From IMG/VR virus record IMGVR_UViG_3300034084_000080, positions 6,631 through 70,630 of that record: a stretch of 64,000 bases of DNA, one strand, 5' to 3'. Both the position numbers and the translations under genes were made by a program. This DNA comes from a virus. Taxonomy: Duplodnaviria; Caudoviricetes. Below, in pieces: positions 27,804-37,616 of this stretch; position 1 is the stretch's first letter; every line of letters begins with the position of its first letter. The notes under the pieces were generated by a model. It ran no database searches. It was not told where the DNA came from and saw only the letters and a list, made by a program, of their open reading frames with translations.

Positions 27804-28073
27804 TTAGTTTATTAAAATATGTTGTTTAATATGCAATAATAATTCATTGTAATTTTCTGAAATATTCGATTCTTCTATAAGTAATATGTTAAAAAATTCT
27901 ATTGGGATATCAAGCACTTTACAGAATCTAATCACTGTTTTTTTTCTTGGTTCGGTTATTCCAGACTCTATACATGATACCGATGCCTGAGTGATTCCAA
28001 CAGCAGAGGCAAACTCAATTTGAGTTAAACCACGTTTTTTTCTAAGTGTCGAAATTAACTTGCCAATTTTCAT
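27804..28073 (-). CDS. XRE-family HTH regulator
   Basis: LRKKRGLTQIEFASAVGITQASVSCIESG. Confidence 0.85.
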   Translation of the reverse strand: MKIGKLISTLRKKRGLTQIEFASAVGITQASVSCIESGITEPRKKTVIRFCKVLDIPIEFFNILLIEESNISENYNELLLHIKQHILIN

Positions 28074-28092
28074 AAAAATATCGGATAAAATC

Positions 28093-28882
28093 TTACTTTT
28101 TCAACATCCATCCGTTAAACTTCTGGAACGTATATAATGGAGCACTGTCAATGTATGCTCCATTATCAGAGAATTTTCGGAGCCGGCCAGACTCTAACTT
28201 AAAATAAAATCCAGGCTGATCATCAATTGTGACAGTTTCGCCTTTTTCAATTTTAGGCAAAATATCATCAAATGATACTCCCTTTACTTCTTTTGGAGCT
28301 TTCTGTTGTTGAACCTCTTCAGGATTGACAACTTCTTTAACTTTTTTTGGAGCCTTCTGAGCCTTGCCAGCTTTTGCATCCGGTTTTTTTTCTTCCTGTG
28401 ACATGATTAAGCGGTTTACATTCGTTTCATATTATTGTAAATTCTCTTTAAGTACTGATAAAACTTCCTTGTCTTTGACTTAGACATTCCAACAGTATTT
28501 AGAACTGCGGTTTTTCTCAAACCCCTTGCGGTTTTTCCGTTCATTTATTTAATCTCCTTTTAAGTTTTGCATTGTGTGAATACCTAAGACGATTATGCTT
28601 TACTTTTCTTGACTTTCCATTTCCATAGGAAAGACCATACTGTTTTGGCGACATACCATAGTCACCACCTTCATGGATAATATCCAGACCTCCGGAATGT
28701 TGAGCCACGATTTTACGGCTAACAGACTTCCTGGGCTGAGTAGCTTTCATTTCACCGGATCTTTGGGCCTGAGATGTTGGTGCATTATTTATTGATGTAT
28801 GAGTTACCTGTGCGGTGCCAAGACCGGCAGCTAAAGCAAAAGCCAAAGCGGTACCTATTAATCCTATTTTTTTCTTTGCCAT
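28093..28882 (-). other. Small ORFs 28093-28404, 28416-28544 (42 aa, basic) and 28541-28882 (signal-like N-terminus)
   Basis: ORF track plus hand translation MNGKTARGLRK... Confidence 0.5.
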
Positions 28883-29000
28883 AATTTTTTAAATGAAAAA
28901 ATGATTATCGGAGTTATCGTCTTTATCAGAGTTTACGATACACCTTCCAACGATATACCCAGCCACGAAAGCCAAAATGAATTTTAGCGCAATAGTCATA

Positions 29001-29267
29001 CTATCTGAGTTTTGCTAATTTGTCATCCTGCTTCATAATCAAATGAGTTTCCCCATTGTACTCTTCTTCAATACCTGCGTGCGGCTTAAATAAGATGTAC
29101 TCACCAACTTTTACATTCATTGGTTCATCTGATGTTCCAGGACCAACAAGTACGACTGTACCTCTGTTTTCCTTTTTCTTGACTGTATCAGGTAAGTAAA
29201 TACCTGATGATGTTTTCTCTTCCGTTTTGTCCGGAAGGACTAAGATTAAATCTTCTGCTAATTCCAT
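29001..29267 (-). CDS. groES: Co-chaperonin GroES (Cpn10)
   Basis: EKTSSGIYLPDTVKKKENRGTVVLVGPG...VKVGEYILF. Confidence 0.9.
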   Translation of the reverse strand: MELAEDLILVLPDKTEEKTSSGIYLPDTVKKKENRGTVVLVGPGTSDEPMNVKVGEYILFKPHAGIEEEYNGETHLIMKQDDKLAKLR

Positions 29268-29290
29268 GGTTTTTATTGTATGAACTGAAA

Positions 29291-29312
29291 GCCGGAGGCA
29301 TTCACCTCCGGC
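29291..29312 (-). terminator. Intrinsic terminator-like hairpin
   Basis: GCCGGAGG-TGAATG-CCTCCGGC followed by TTTC on (-). Confidence 0.55.
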
Positions 29313-29318
29313 AATTGA

Positions 29319-30494
29319 TTATTTTTCTATAACAACGATTTCAGGGCAGATGGCTTCAATTCCTGATAAAACCGTATTGATGGCATGATCTCTCAGTCTT
29401 TCCATCTCCTCATTTGCTTCCGGGGAAATAAGAGTACATTTTAAATCATCTGCTTCAATGTAAACCTCTACCTCAATCTTCATTGGTTTTTCACCTTTAA
29501 AAATTGGCATAACCATATTGAAAGAGTTAGGAAGGTTTGATGAAACTGTCTGCTGAACAAATGCCTTTACATTTCCTCTGTTATCATTATTTCTTTCAAT
29601 CTCAGAGTCAATTTTAGCCTTGAAGTTTTTCAGAGTGGAAACAAGTACCATGGCATCACTTTTACTCTCAAAGAATGACCGGTTCATTTTGATTTTGTCA
29701 GCCATTTCATGCGTAGTGATGTAATTGCCGGAATTGATTCCAAACTTTATGAAAGCTGGATGGTATTCAAGTTTACCTACAATGCTGTTACGGAAATGAT
29801 CTCTTTCTTCGGTTATGAGTTCAATACTCATTCTATCGCGATCAACAATAATGTGAGAAGAAAGTATATCGTGCTTACCTACTCTTTTTTGTAGCCACAT
29901 TAAAGGTGAATTGAGAATACCAGATATCTTTGTTGGTATTTCCTCATAGACCTTTAATGGATCATCCTCACGAATAACCAATAACATCTGATTCATGTTG
30001 TTGTTTTTAACTGCTTGTTCAATTGACTCTTTTACGGCAATTGTCATGTTTGAATTATCTTCCATTTCTTATTTGTCTAAGGTTCCTGATTTAATACTGA
30101 ATATTGTTTTCTGCTTTTCACTTGGCAGGATTGGCCTGGAGAAAACGAGATCTCCAACAGAGTTATAATACCCTACTTCCTGATTGTCCTGATCAACAAA
30201 CTTGAAACAGTCCTCAGTAACATCTATTGCCTTTCTTTTAATGTTACCCAGTAAATCAACCTTCTCTTTTTTCAAAGGTTTAGATCTGAGTTTAAACACC
30301 TCCATTGCATCTTTCTTTTCAGTATCAATGTCATTCATTTCAATACTTACTTCTGAAAGCCTGTCTTTCATCAGCGAAATTTCTTCGTGGGTGAATTGCT
30401 TCATGTAACTCTGCTTCTCAATAGCATCGCAGTTGTCCTGAAGCATCTGTAGCCTCTCTTCCGGGCTTTGGCTCTTAAATAATTGTTTGTCCAT
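29319..30494 (-). other. Conserved Bacteroidetes phage gene pair (29319-30065, possibly DUF2303/YfdQ-like; 30069-30494, coiled coil)
   Basis: ORF track; family assignment from recollection only. Confidence 0.45.
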
Positions 30495-30516
30495 GTTGTT
30501 ACTTTTTGTTATTAAA

Positions 30517-30535
30517 TTATATGATTTTCGTATAA
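30517..30535. promoter_or_regulatory. 19-bp palindromic operator-like site
   Basis: TTATATGATTTTCGTATAA upstream of the ATG at 30494 (-). Confidence 0.8.
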
Positions 30536-30540
30536 TGATA

Positions 30541-30807
30541 CTAAAGCTGAGTGCTCATAAAGCCCAGATCCCATTCATAATGATTAAGTGCTTTACTGAT
30601 TTTTTCCAATGTTTCCATTGTCATATTGCCGAAACAACCCCTTTCAAGCTTACATATATAGCTTATTGAAAGATCAGATTCTCTTGCCAAAACTTCCTGC
30701 TTCATATCAAGCTCTCGCCTTTTTGCTCTAATCTGAAGGTGAAGCTTGCAATCCTTAAACGTCATTGAAGTATTATTTTTAGTCATTACAGTGCAATGTG
30801 TAACCAA
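30541..30807 (-). CDS. XRE-family HTH regulator
   Basis: IRAKRRELDMKQEVLARESDLSISYICKLERG. Confidence 0.8.
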   Translation of the reverse strand: MVTHCTVMTKNNTSMTFKDCKLHLQIRAKRRELDMKQEVLARESDLSISYICKLERGCFGNMTMETLEKISKALNHYEWDLGFMSTQL

Positions 30808-30812
30808 AACTA

Positions 30813-30847
30813 CAAACTTAATTTTGAATTATACGAAAATCATATAA
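30813..30847. promoter_or_regulatory. Divergent promoter region with an operator at 30829-30847
   Basis: (-) TAAGTTTG at 30820-30813; (+) TAATTTTG at 30819-30826; TTATACGAAAATCATATAA. Confidence 0.65.
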
Positions 30848-30864
30848 TTATTTTCAAAAAAAAT

Positions 30865-31995
30865 ATGTCAGGAACAAATAGTAACAACACCGATGATGTA
30901 CTGGATGCCATATTAAATGACAAACCACTACCCACAACTGATGATCAGAATACAAATAATGATCAGAATGATAATAATGAACCTGCTGGATCAGCGACAA
31001 CCGATTCAGCTAACACAGATAATAATCCAAATCCAAAAGATGAACCTGGGCAACCGGCAGCTACCTCAAATTGGATTTCAGAAGCCAGTAAGAGTATTGG
31101 TGTTGAAATAAAATCAGAGGATGAGTTGAAAGATCTCATTAATAAGGGCAGAAGTTATGGTGACTTAGAAAGTCGTTCCAACACTTTATCCCAGGACTTA
31201 GAGAGATTAAAATCCTTGCAAGAGGAAAATCCGTTTGCTAATGATCATGTGAAAAAGCTTAATGAGTTGATTAAATCAGGTGCTCCACCTGAGCAGATTA
31301 AACTGTTCACAGAGATCGACTCATTGGATGTAAAGCAATTAAGTCCTATTGAAGCAAAAGTTTTAGCATTAAGGTATGAACATGGATTAACGCAAGAACA
31401 AGCGGAAAACATGGTTAATTCTACCTATAAAATTTCAGATGAATACGAAAAATCAATTGTTGATTCTGAGATGGTAAGGTTAAAAATTGATGCGAAAAAT
31501 GACTTTAAATTTCTTGAAGAACTTCAAACAAAAGCCTCAACAAGTCCTACAGATGCGAAAAAGGCAGAGTATGAAGCCAAAATTCAAGAATATGCAAAAT
31601 CCGTAGAGCCAATCGCTAAGTCAATTCAGGAGTCTTTAACTGTCATTAAAGGTGTAAATCTTAATGGCAAACAAGGCGCAGATGCAATCACAACTGATTT
31701 GCCAATATCAGAAGAATCAAGATCTAAAATTTCTGAATTGGTAGTGTCATACGCAGTCCAGAATGATATCCCACTTAACGATCAGGGCATTAGTCAACTT
31801 AAAGAGTTTGCTGAAAATGTCGCAATTATCGAAAACTGGAGAAGCATGGCTGTAGATATTGCCAGCAAAACAGAAGAGCGCATCAGAGCCGAATATCATA
31901 ACCCATCAAACATTGACAGAGGTCAGGATAATCCGCATGACAATAAAGCAACGCAGGAAAAACAGACCGAAGAGTGGGTTTTGCAAAACTCTTAA
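30865..31995 (+). CDS. Capsid scaffolding protein
   Basis: Acidic, low-complexity N-terminus, helical, directly before the capsid gene. Confidence 0.7.
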   Translation: MSGTNSNNTDDVLDAILNDKPLPTTDDQNTNNDQNDNNEPAGSATTDSANTDNNPNPKDEPGQPAATSNWISEASKSIGVEIKSEDELKDLINKGRSYGDLESRSNTLSQDLERLKSLQEENPFANDHVKKLNELIKSGAPPEQIKLFTEIDSLDVKQLSPIEAKVLALRYEHGLTQEQAENMVNSTYKISDEYEKSIVDSEMVRLKIDAKNDFKFLEELQTKASTSPTDAKKAEYEAKIQEYAKSVEPIAKSIQESLTVIKGVNLNGKQGADAITTDLPISEESRSKISELVVSYAVQNDIPLNDQGISQLKEFAENVAIIENWRSMAVDIASKTEERIRAEYHNPSNIDRGQDNPHDNKATQEKQTEEWVLQNS

Positions 31996-32020
31996 ATTAT
32001 TCATTTAAACTAAAAAAACG

Positions 32021-33460
32021 ATGTCTGCACCATCATTCTCTTATTCAGCAAATCCTACCGGTATTTCCGGATCAGGATCAGAAGGCTTATTTACTGCGCT
32101 GCAGTTATATGCCGACAACCCACAAGTGAAGCGTAAGCTTTACGAAAAACATGGATATAGAAAATCTCTGTATCTTATTTTAGACTCCCTTGGTTTAGGA
32201 ACTCCGGTAAAAGGTCCTGAATATGCACACTGGGAAAAAGATTGGTTTAAGCAAACATTCGTGGTAGGTTCTGTTGTAACAACTACCGGTGGTGCTGGTA
32301 ACCCAATTGTAATTGCCTTGAAAGCAGAATCTATGCTTACTAAGACAATTGATGGCGTAAATGTTCCTTTCTCTTTTCCACAGGAGCAGGATATCATCGA
32401 AATGCCTGGAACTCGTGCAAAAGGTATCATAACTGTAAAGGATACATCTGTTTCTCCACACAGATTAACCATTAAGCCGATGTCAAACTTTGACTTGGCA
32501 ACTTACGTAACTCCTAATGCCAGATTCTTTATTTCATCTAACGCATGGGCTGAAGGTACCGGAGGTGCAAAATCGCGTTTATCAGTTGATTCTCGTTGGT
32601 CAAACTATACTCAGATTTTCAAAGCTAAGTACTCTGAAACCGGTTCTTCATTAACAAACGAACTTCCTTATGAGCCTATTCCTGGTAAAATGGGGTCTTA
32701 CCTTTTAAGAGGTACCGATGAGGCTGAGAAGTTTATGTATGACCAGATTTCTGGGGCATTGATTTCCGGTATTAAATCAGCCTATGTTTCACAAAACTCT
32801 TCTGAGCTTGATTATGATCCAATCGTAAAAACTACTCAGGGAATGATTGATTACGGTGTAACAGAAGGCACTGAACTAAGCCATACCATTGGTGGTATTG
32901 ATATTTCTCACTTTGATTCAATTGGAGAGATCATGCGTAGAGAAAGAGTCAATACAAATATCATTTCTGGATGGATGGGATACGGTCACAGAAAGGAACT
33001 TGAAAACCTATTGGTTGACTACTTCCTGAGAGATCTTTCAGTTTACGCCAATAAATTCAAGCCTGAAGTAATGGCCGGATCAGATCCTAAAGACTTCTTT
33101 GCATGGTTAGGATTCTCCGGCATTTACAAAAACGGATTCAACTTCATCTTTAATGTACTTGATGAACTTGATGATCCGCAGGGAATGGGTGTAGATGTTT
33201 ACAACTACTCTCACCTGGCTATGTGGATGCCATCTGCAACTCTTAAAAATAAGGGTGAGAAACGTGATATCCCATCTGTAGGTTTCCGTTACAAAGAACT
33301 GAACGGATACAGCCGTAAGTATGAATTATGGAATACTGGCGGTGCTGGTCCAATCAAGAAAACATCAGATATTGATATCATGAACTGTGAGTTCAGATCT
33401 GATATTGGATTTGAAGCTGCCCTTGGTTCTCAGTGGGTAGTGGACTTCGGAACTAACTAA
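32021..33460 (+). CDS. Major capsid protein
   Basis: 479 aa after scaffold; EYAHWEK, NYTQIFK and TTQGMIDY patterns of crAss-related capsids; strong terminator downstream. Confidence 0.85.
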   Translation: MSAPSFSYSANPTGISGSGSEGLFTALQLYADNPQVKRKLYEKHGYRKSLYLILDSLGLGTPVKGPEYAHWEKDWFKQTFVVGSVVTTTGGAGNPIVIALKAESMLTKTIDGVNVPFSFPQEQDIIEMPGTRAKGIITVKDTSVSPHRLTIKPMSNFDLATYVTPNARFFISSNAWAEGTGGAKSRLSVDSRWSNYTQIFKAKYSETGSSLTNELPYEPIPGKMGSYLLRGTDEAEKFMYDQISGALISGIKSAYVSQNSSELDYDPIVKTTQGMIDYGVTEGTELSHTIGGIDISHFDSIGEIMRRERVNTNIISGWMGYGHRKELENLLVDYFLRDLSVYANKFKPEVMAGSDPKDFFAWLGFSGIYKNGFNFIFNVLDELDDPQGMGVDVYNYSHLAMWMPSATLKNKGEKRDIPSVGFRYKELNGYSRKYELWNTGGAGPIKKTSDIDIMNCEFRSDIGFEAALGSQWVVDFGTN

Positions 33461-33496
33461 TAATTTTTTAACCACTCATCATAATTAATAACCACT

Positions 33497-33522
33497 AAAG
33501 CCCCCTGAAAAACGGGGGCTTT
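33497..33522 (+). terminator. Intrinsic terminator
   Basis: AAAGCCCCC-TGAAAAAC-GGGGGCTTT. Confidence 0.75.
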
Positions 33523-33571
33523 ATTAAAAAGTAACTCATATCAAAATTTATACACACTAAAAAACAAAACC

Positions 33572-34699
33572 ATGTCTAAAATTTTTGTCGATGATGTCAA
33601 CGTAGGTGTAAAAGAGCTTTACACAATTCTTGGCATAGATCCAAACACAGTTCCGAATAAGCTCGCTCGGATTTACGAGATCAACCCTGATAAGGTTAGA
33701 AGAGATGCAAATGGTAATGAGAAAACTCCCAGAAGATTGGGTGTTCCAACAAAATTTACTGTTTTCTCCAAAGAGAGGGGTATGAACGTAACGGTTAGAT
33801 ATGCAAAAGAAGCCATTAAGGAAAACAAAAATGGTTTCGTAACAACAAGGTACAGCCCTGGTCATTTATGGATCAATGGCCGTGAAGAAAACGTTACAGA
33901 TGATTTAGTACACATCATGATGTATTTACATCCGGATTGTTTTCAAAGTCCTTTCAGGGCATTAAACGGACCTTTCAGGTACCTGTTTAAAGACAATGAA
34001 GCTTTGGCTAAAAATGATCTTCTCAGAGATGAGCAGGAAATGAGAGCCATGAGTATGATCATTGGAGATTCAGCATTGCCTATGTCGCAATTAAAGCAAA
34101 TTGCTAAGGGTATGAATATTGCCGGTGTTGATCTTCTTACTGATGCAGAGATCAAAAATCAGTTGAAGATTAAGATCAAAGCGAATCCTAATAAATTCTA
34201 CGATGATGCAAGAAGTCGTAGTATTCAGTTTAACGGATTGCTTCAGGATGTTGTGGATAAGCAAATTGTGCGAATCATTTCCAATAACGGATATAAACGC
34301 TGGTATTTCGTTAATGAAGAAATCTGTGTTATTCCATCAGGTGCCGATGAAATGTTGATGCTGAAAGAGGCAGTAACAAAGAAAATGGATTTGATTCCTC
34401 AATTCCAAACAGCACTTGAAGGAAGAACAGTCGAAAGCGAACTGGAAAAACCTGAAAATGCTCACTACTTCAACTCATTTAATGATGATGTACTCAGAAA
34501 CGGTGTATCAAAAGCAATCAAGTCTGAAAATAAGGAGCTTGAAGAGCAGTTAAAACACCAGGAAGATATCAGACTTCTTGCTGAGGAAGAGGATAGAGAG
34601 CTTGGTGGAGGTGAAAAAATGCACTTCCAGAGAAAGAAAAAACTCGAAAAATTCAGATTAGAGGTAGATGCCTATAAAGCATCCCTTCAATCTACCTAA
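33572..34699 (+). CDS. Conserved virion-associated protein after the capsid gene
   Basis: 375 aa; position matches a conserved post-capsid gene. Confidence 0.5.
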   Translation: MSKIFVDDVNVGVKELYTILGIDPNTVPNKLARIYEINPDKVRRDANGNEKTPRRLGVPTKFTVFSKERGMNVTVRYAKEAIKENKNGFVTTRYSPGHLWINGREENVTDDLVHIMMYLHPDCFQSPFRALNGPFRYLFKDNEALAKNDLLRDEQEMRAMSMIIGDSALPMSQLKQIAKGMNIAGVDLLTDAEIKNQLKIKIKANPNKFYDDARSRSIQFNGLLQDVVDKQIVRIISNNGYKRWYFVNEEICVIPSGADEMLMLKEAVTKKMDLIPQFQTALEGRTVESELEKPENAHYFNSFNDDVLRNGVSKAIKSENKELEEQLKHQEDIRLLAEEEDRELGGGEKMHFQRKKKLEKFRLEVDAYKASLQST

Positions 34700-34741
34700 T
34701 AAACTTTAAATCCCGGCTAACAACCGGGATCAATTTACATT

Positions 34742-37027
34742 ATGGCAAAGAAGCATAAATTAGTTTATGATAGATTGATTGACTACGCTAAGAAGTATCA
34801 AAGCGGGTTTGATATCGAGGCTGATTATAATAGCAGATTTGCTGAGGTTCAACAAGAACTTGCCAACTATCTTATCACTGTTGTAGGGTATAATTCTAAG
34901 GCTGAAAATCTTTTAGACCCATTAATAAAAAGTGCTACCACAGGAACACCTACAAGTGGTAAAGTAGCAAGACCAGATGATTTTTTACATCTGCTAAGTG
35001 GGTCATACGAAGGTTATCCAATTCATATTCTATCATCCAATCAATTAGCCACCTATGAGCAAATACCTCAAAGGAAAGGAGATATTTCTAAAAAGAGGGT
35101 TAACATCGCAAGTGTTGATGGTAAATGGGAAGTAAAGCCTGATACAGCAACAGGAATTTCCATAAGATACGTTAAGATTCCACCTCTTTCAACAATTGCT
35201 TTTCAAATTTCTGAAACAGAGAATGAATACGTCATGTCTTATGATGATGCCGCAACAGTTGATTTTGTTTGGGGCGATATCTGTGTGCCACTTATAATTT
35301 ACATGATGCTTGAAAAGTATGGTGTATCAATGCGTGAAGAAATATTAAGGGAATATGCCAGGTTAGGAATTTCAATGGAGGAAGTGAAATGACAGTAGGA
35401 GAAATAAAAGGACAGGTTTTGCTGAAGATTACCGGAGGGGAGCCTTCAAGCGATAATTCAGTATGGTTAAGCGATATTGAACCGCTTATTGCTCCTGCAG
35501 TAAATTATGTTCAGACTAAACAATATTTTATTGATCGTCAAACTGAAGATGATAAACATCTGATCCAGCATTTCATGTTACAGGTATTTACTGTTTCTAT
35601 TACGGAGGATACAGTAAGAAAAAGAAAAAGGTTCACATTACCTAAAACTCCATTGTCATTACCTAACGGCAGGGCACTTCAATTTGTTGGAGATGTAAGA
35701 GGAAGAGGATGGATCCCGCTATCTCAGGGTGCTGAAGATATGCAGGAATATTATGGGAAATACAAGAAAAACGTAACCAGTTATAGGCCGGAAGGTTTGA
35801 ATGTTTACTTATGGAATGTAGGGCCGATGGTAACTGAGGCATTAGTTAAAATGCTTGTGAATGTTAATGATCTTACTGATGCAGATGAAGTTCTTCTCCC
35901 ATCCGGAGGTGAACTTGAAGTGATTACGTTAATCTATGAATGGATTAGTGGACAGAGGGAAATTCCAAAGGATTTAATAATTGATCAAAAAGATAAAATT
36001 TCAGCATAATGGCAAATACAATAAGCTTTAAAAAGGAAAATAAAGGTATTTCAGTTACCGTAAACTCAACAAAGACATCATACAGTGCAAATGTTAAGTT
36101 CAGAGGATTCAATACCGGTACAAATATCGCGCATATTGATATATCCCCGTATTCAAAACAGCCAATCTCTGAACTAAAGATTGACACTTCTGAGGATACT
36201 ATCACTGTTAATTCAGTAGCGTTTTCTGGTAATGCTACCGGTCTTATTGATAGTTTAAGAGATACAGTTTTCATCGCTGATGCAGTAGTATAATGGCACT
36301 CACTCCAGTAGATATGATCATTAAGGAGCTTTGCCGGGCAACCGGTGAACCCGAATACAGAAACTATGACGAGTTTGTTGGGCATATCCGTAGAGGGTTT
36401 TCTCAAATAAACATTGCCGCTGTTCAGATTGTAAAGTATTCCTATATACCATTGAATGCCTACAACGCAATCAATTGGCCATGTGACTGTATCAAACCAG
36501 TAATGGTAGGAATGAAAAGAAATGGTGTGATCGTTTCTCTTTCCGTAGACGATAGCCTGATTCCATCTGGAAGTTATTCAACTGTTTCAAGTATTTCAGA
36601 AGCTGAATCTCAAATTGATCTTATATGCTCAGGTGGATACAAACCGGATTACTGCTTTGACATAAATGGCAATGGAGAACTTTACGGATTGGGTCCTGGT
36701 TATAATGCTGCCGGTTATGTTACACATGATAAGCACGGAAGGCAATCTCATATCAAAGGCACATATCTGGAAGATGATGAGTTCCTTTTTGTTTATCTAT
36801 CAGATGGTATCAGCGATGGGATTGAATTTGTTCCTGTGGAAACTGAGATAGTTTTAAGAGCATTCGCTTTGAGTGAATATTACAGAACGAGAAATCCAAA
36901 TCTCAGTAGATCAGAGAGAGAAATTTACAAGGAGGAACTTACATTTTTAAGAAATCTTTATCAATCCGCAAACGCTGAAGATTGGACTGAGGCGTTCAGG
37001 CATAACGAAAAATCAAGTCCTAAATAA
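34742..37027 (+). other. Neck/ring (adaptor) gene cluster: 34742-35392, 35389-36009, 36009-36293, 36293-37027
   Basis: About 200-240-aa coupled ORFs with ring-protein patterns (ISIRYVKIP, VGDVRG...VYLWN, LPCDCIKP-like, QSHIKGTYLEDDEFLFVYLSDG). Confidence 0.6.
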
Positions 37028-37038
37028 CAAACAAAACA

Positions 37039-37569
37039 ATGAGCTTAAATTTAATTGTAAACAGAAGAGTTTGGAAAGGTTCTGCAGCAGAACTGACAGC
37101 AAACGCAAAAAAAGTTTTTGAAGCCGGAGATGAAATCTATCAGACTGGTGACTTTTCAAGAGTTAAAATCGCAGATGGTGTTACAGCCCTGTCAAGTTTA
37201 CCATGGTCTGAAACTCCGCAAAGTAATCACACAGCGGCCACAGCAAATGAAACTGAAACATTAACTGCAGCCAAGGTAAAAACCGGGTATATCACTTCAA
37301 CTTCCGCAGCAGCTACATCATTAACATTGCCAAGTGCAGAATCATTGATCGAAGTTCTTCCTGGATCAGGTGCGGGTACGTGGTTCGATCTTGCAATTGA
37401 CAATAGTGCCGGTGCGAATACAGTAACGGTTGTTGCATCAGCAAGCATTACAGCAGCAACAGCAGTTGTAACCGGTGGAGATACACTTACCGTAGCAGCA
37501 GGTGCAGTTGGATTGTTTAGAATCTACTTCTCATCTGGAACAGTAGCAAAAATTTATAGAATAGGTTAA
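37039..37569 (+). CDS. Ala/Thr-rich head fibre or decoration-like protein
   Basis: TSLTLPSA...FDLAIDNS...TVTVVAS beta-rich domain. Confidence 0.45.
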   Translation: MSLNLIVNRRVWKGSAAELTANAKKVFEAGDEIYQTGDFSRVKIADGVTALSSLPWSETPQSNHTAATANETETLTAAKVKTGYITSTSAAATSLTLPSAESLIEVLPGSGAGTWFDLAIDNSAGANTVTVVASASITAATAVVTGGDTLTVAAGAVGLFRIYFSSGTVAKIYRIG

Positions 37570-37579
37570 AAACTACCCG

Positions 37580-37604
37580 GTAGGATCACGGTCCTACCGG
37601 ATTG
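37580..37604 (+). terminator. Hairpin after the head-fibre-like gene
   Basis: CCGGTAGGA-TCACGG-TCCTACCGG. Confidence 0.5.
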
Positions 37605-37616
37605 TTTTGATTCGAG

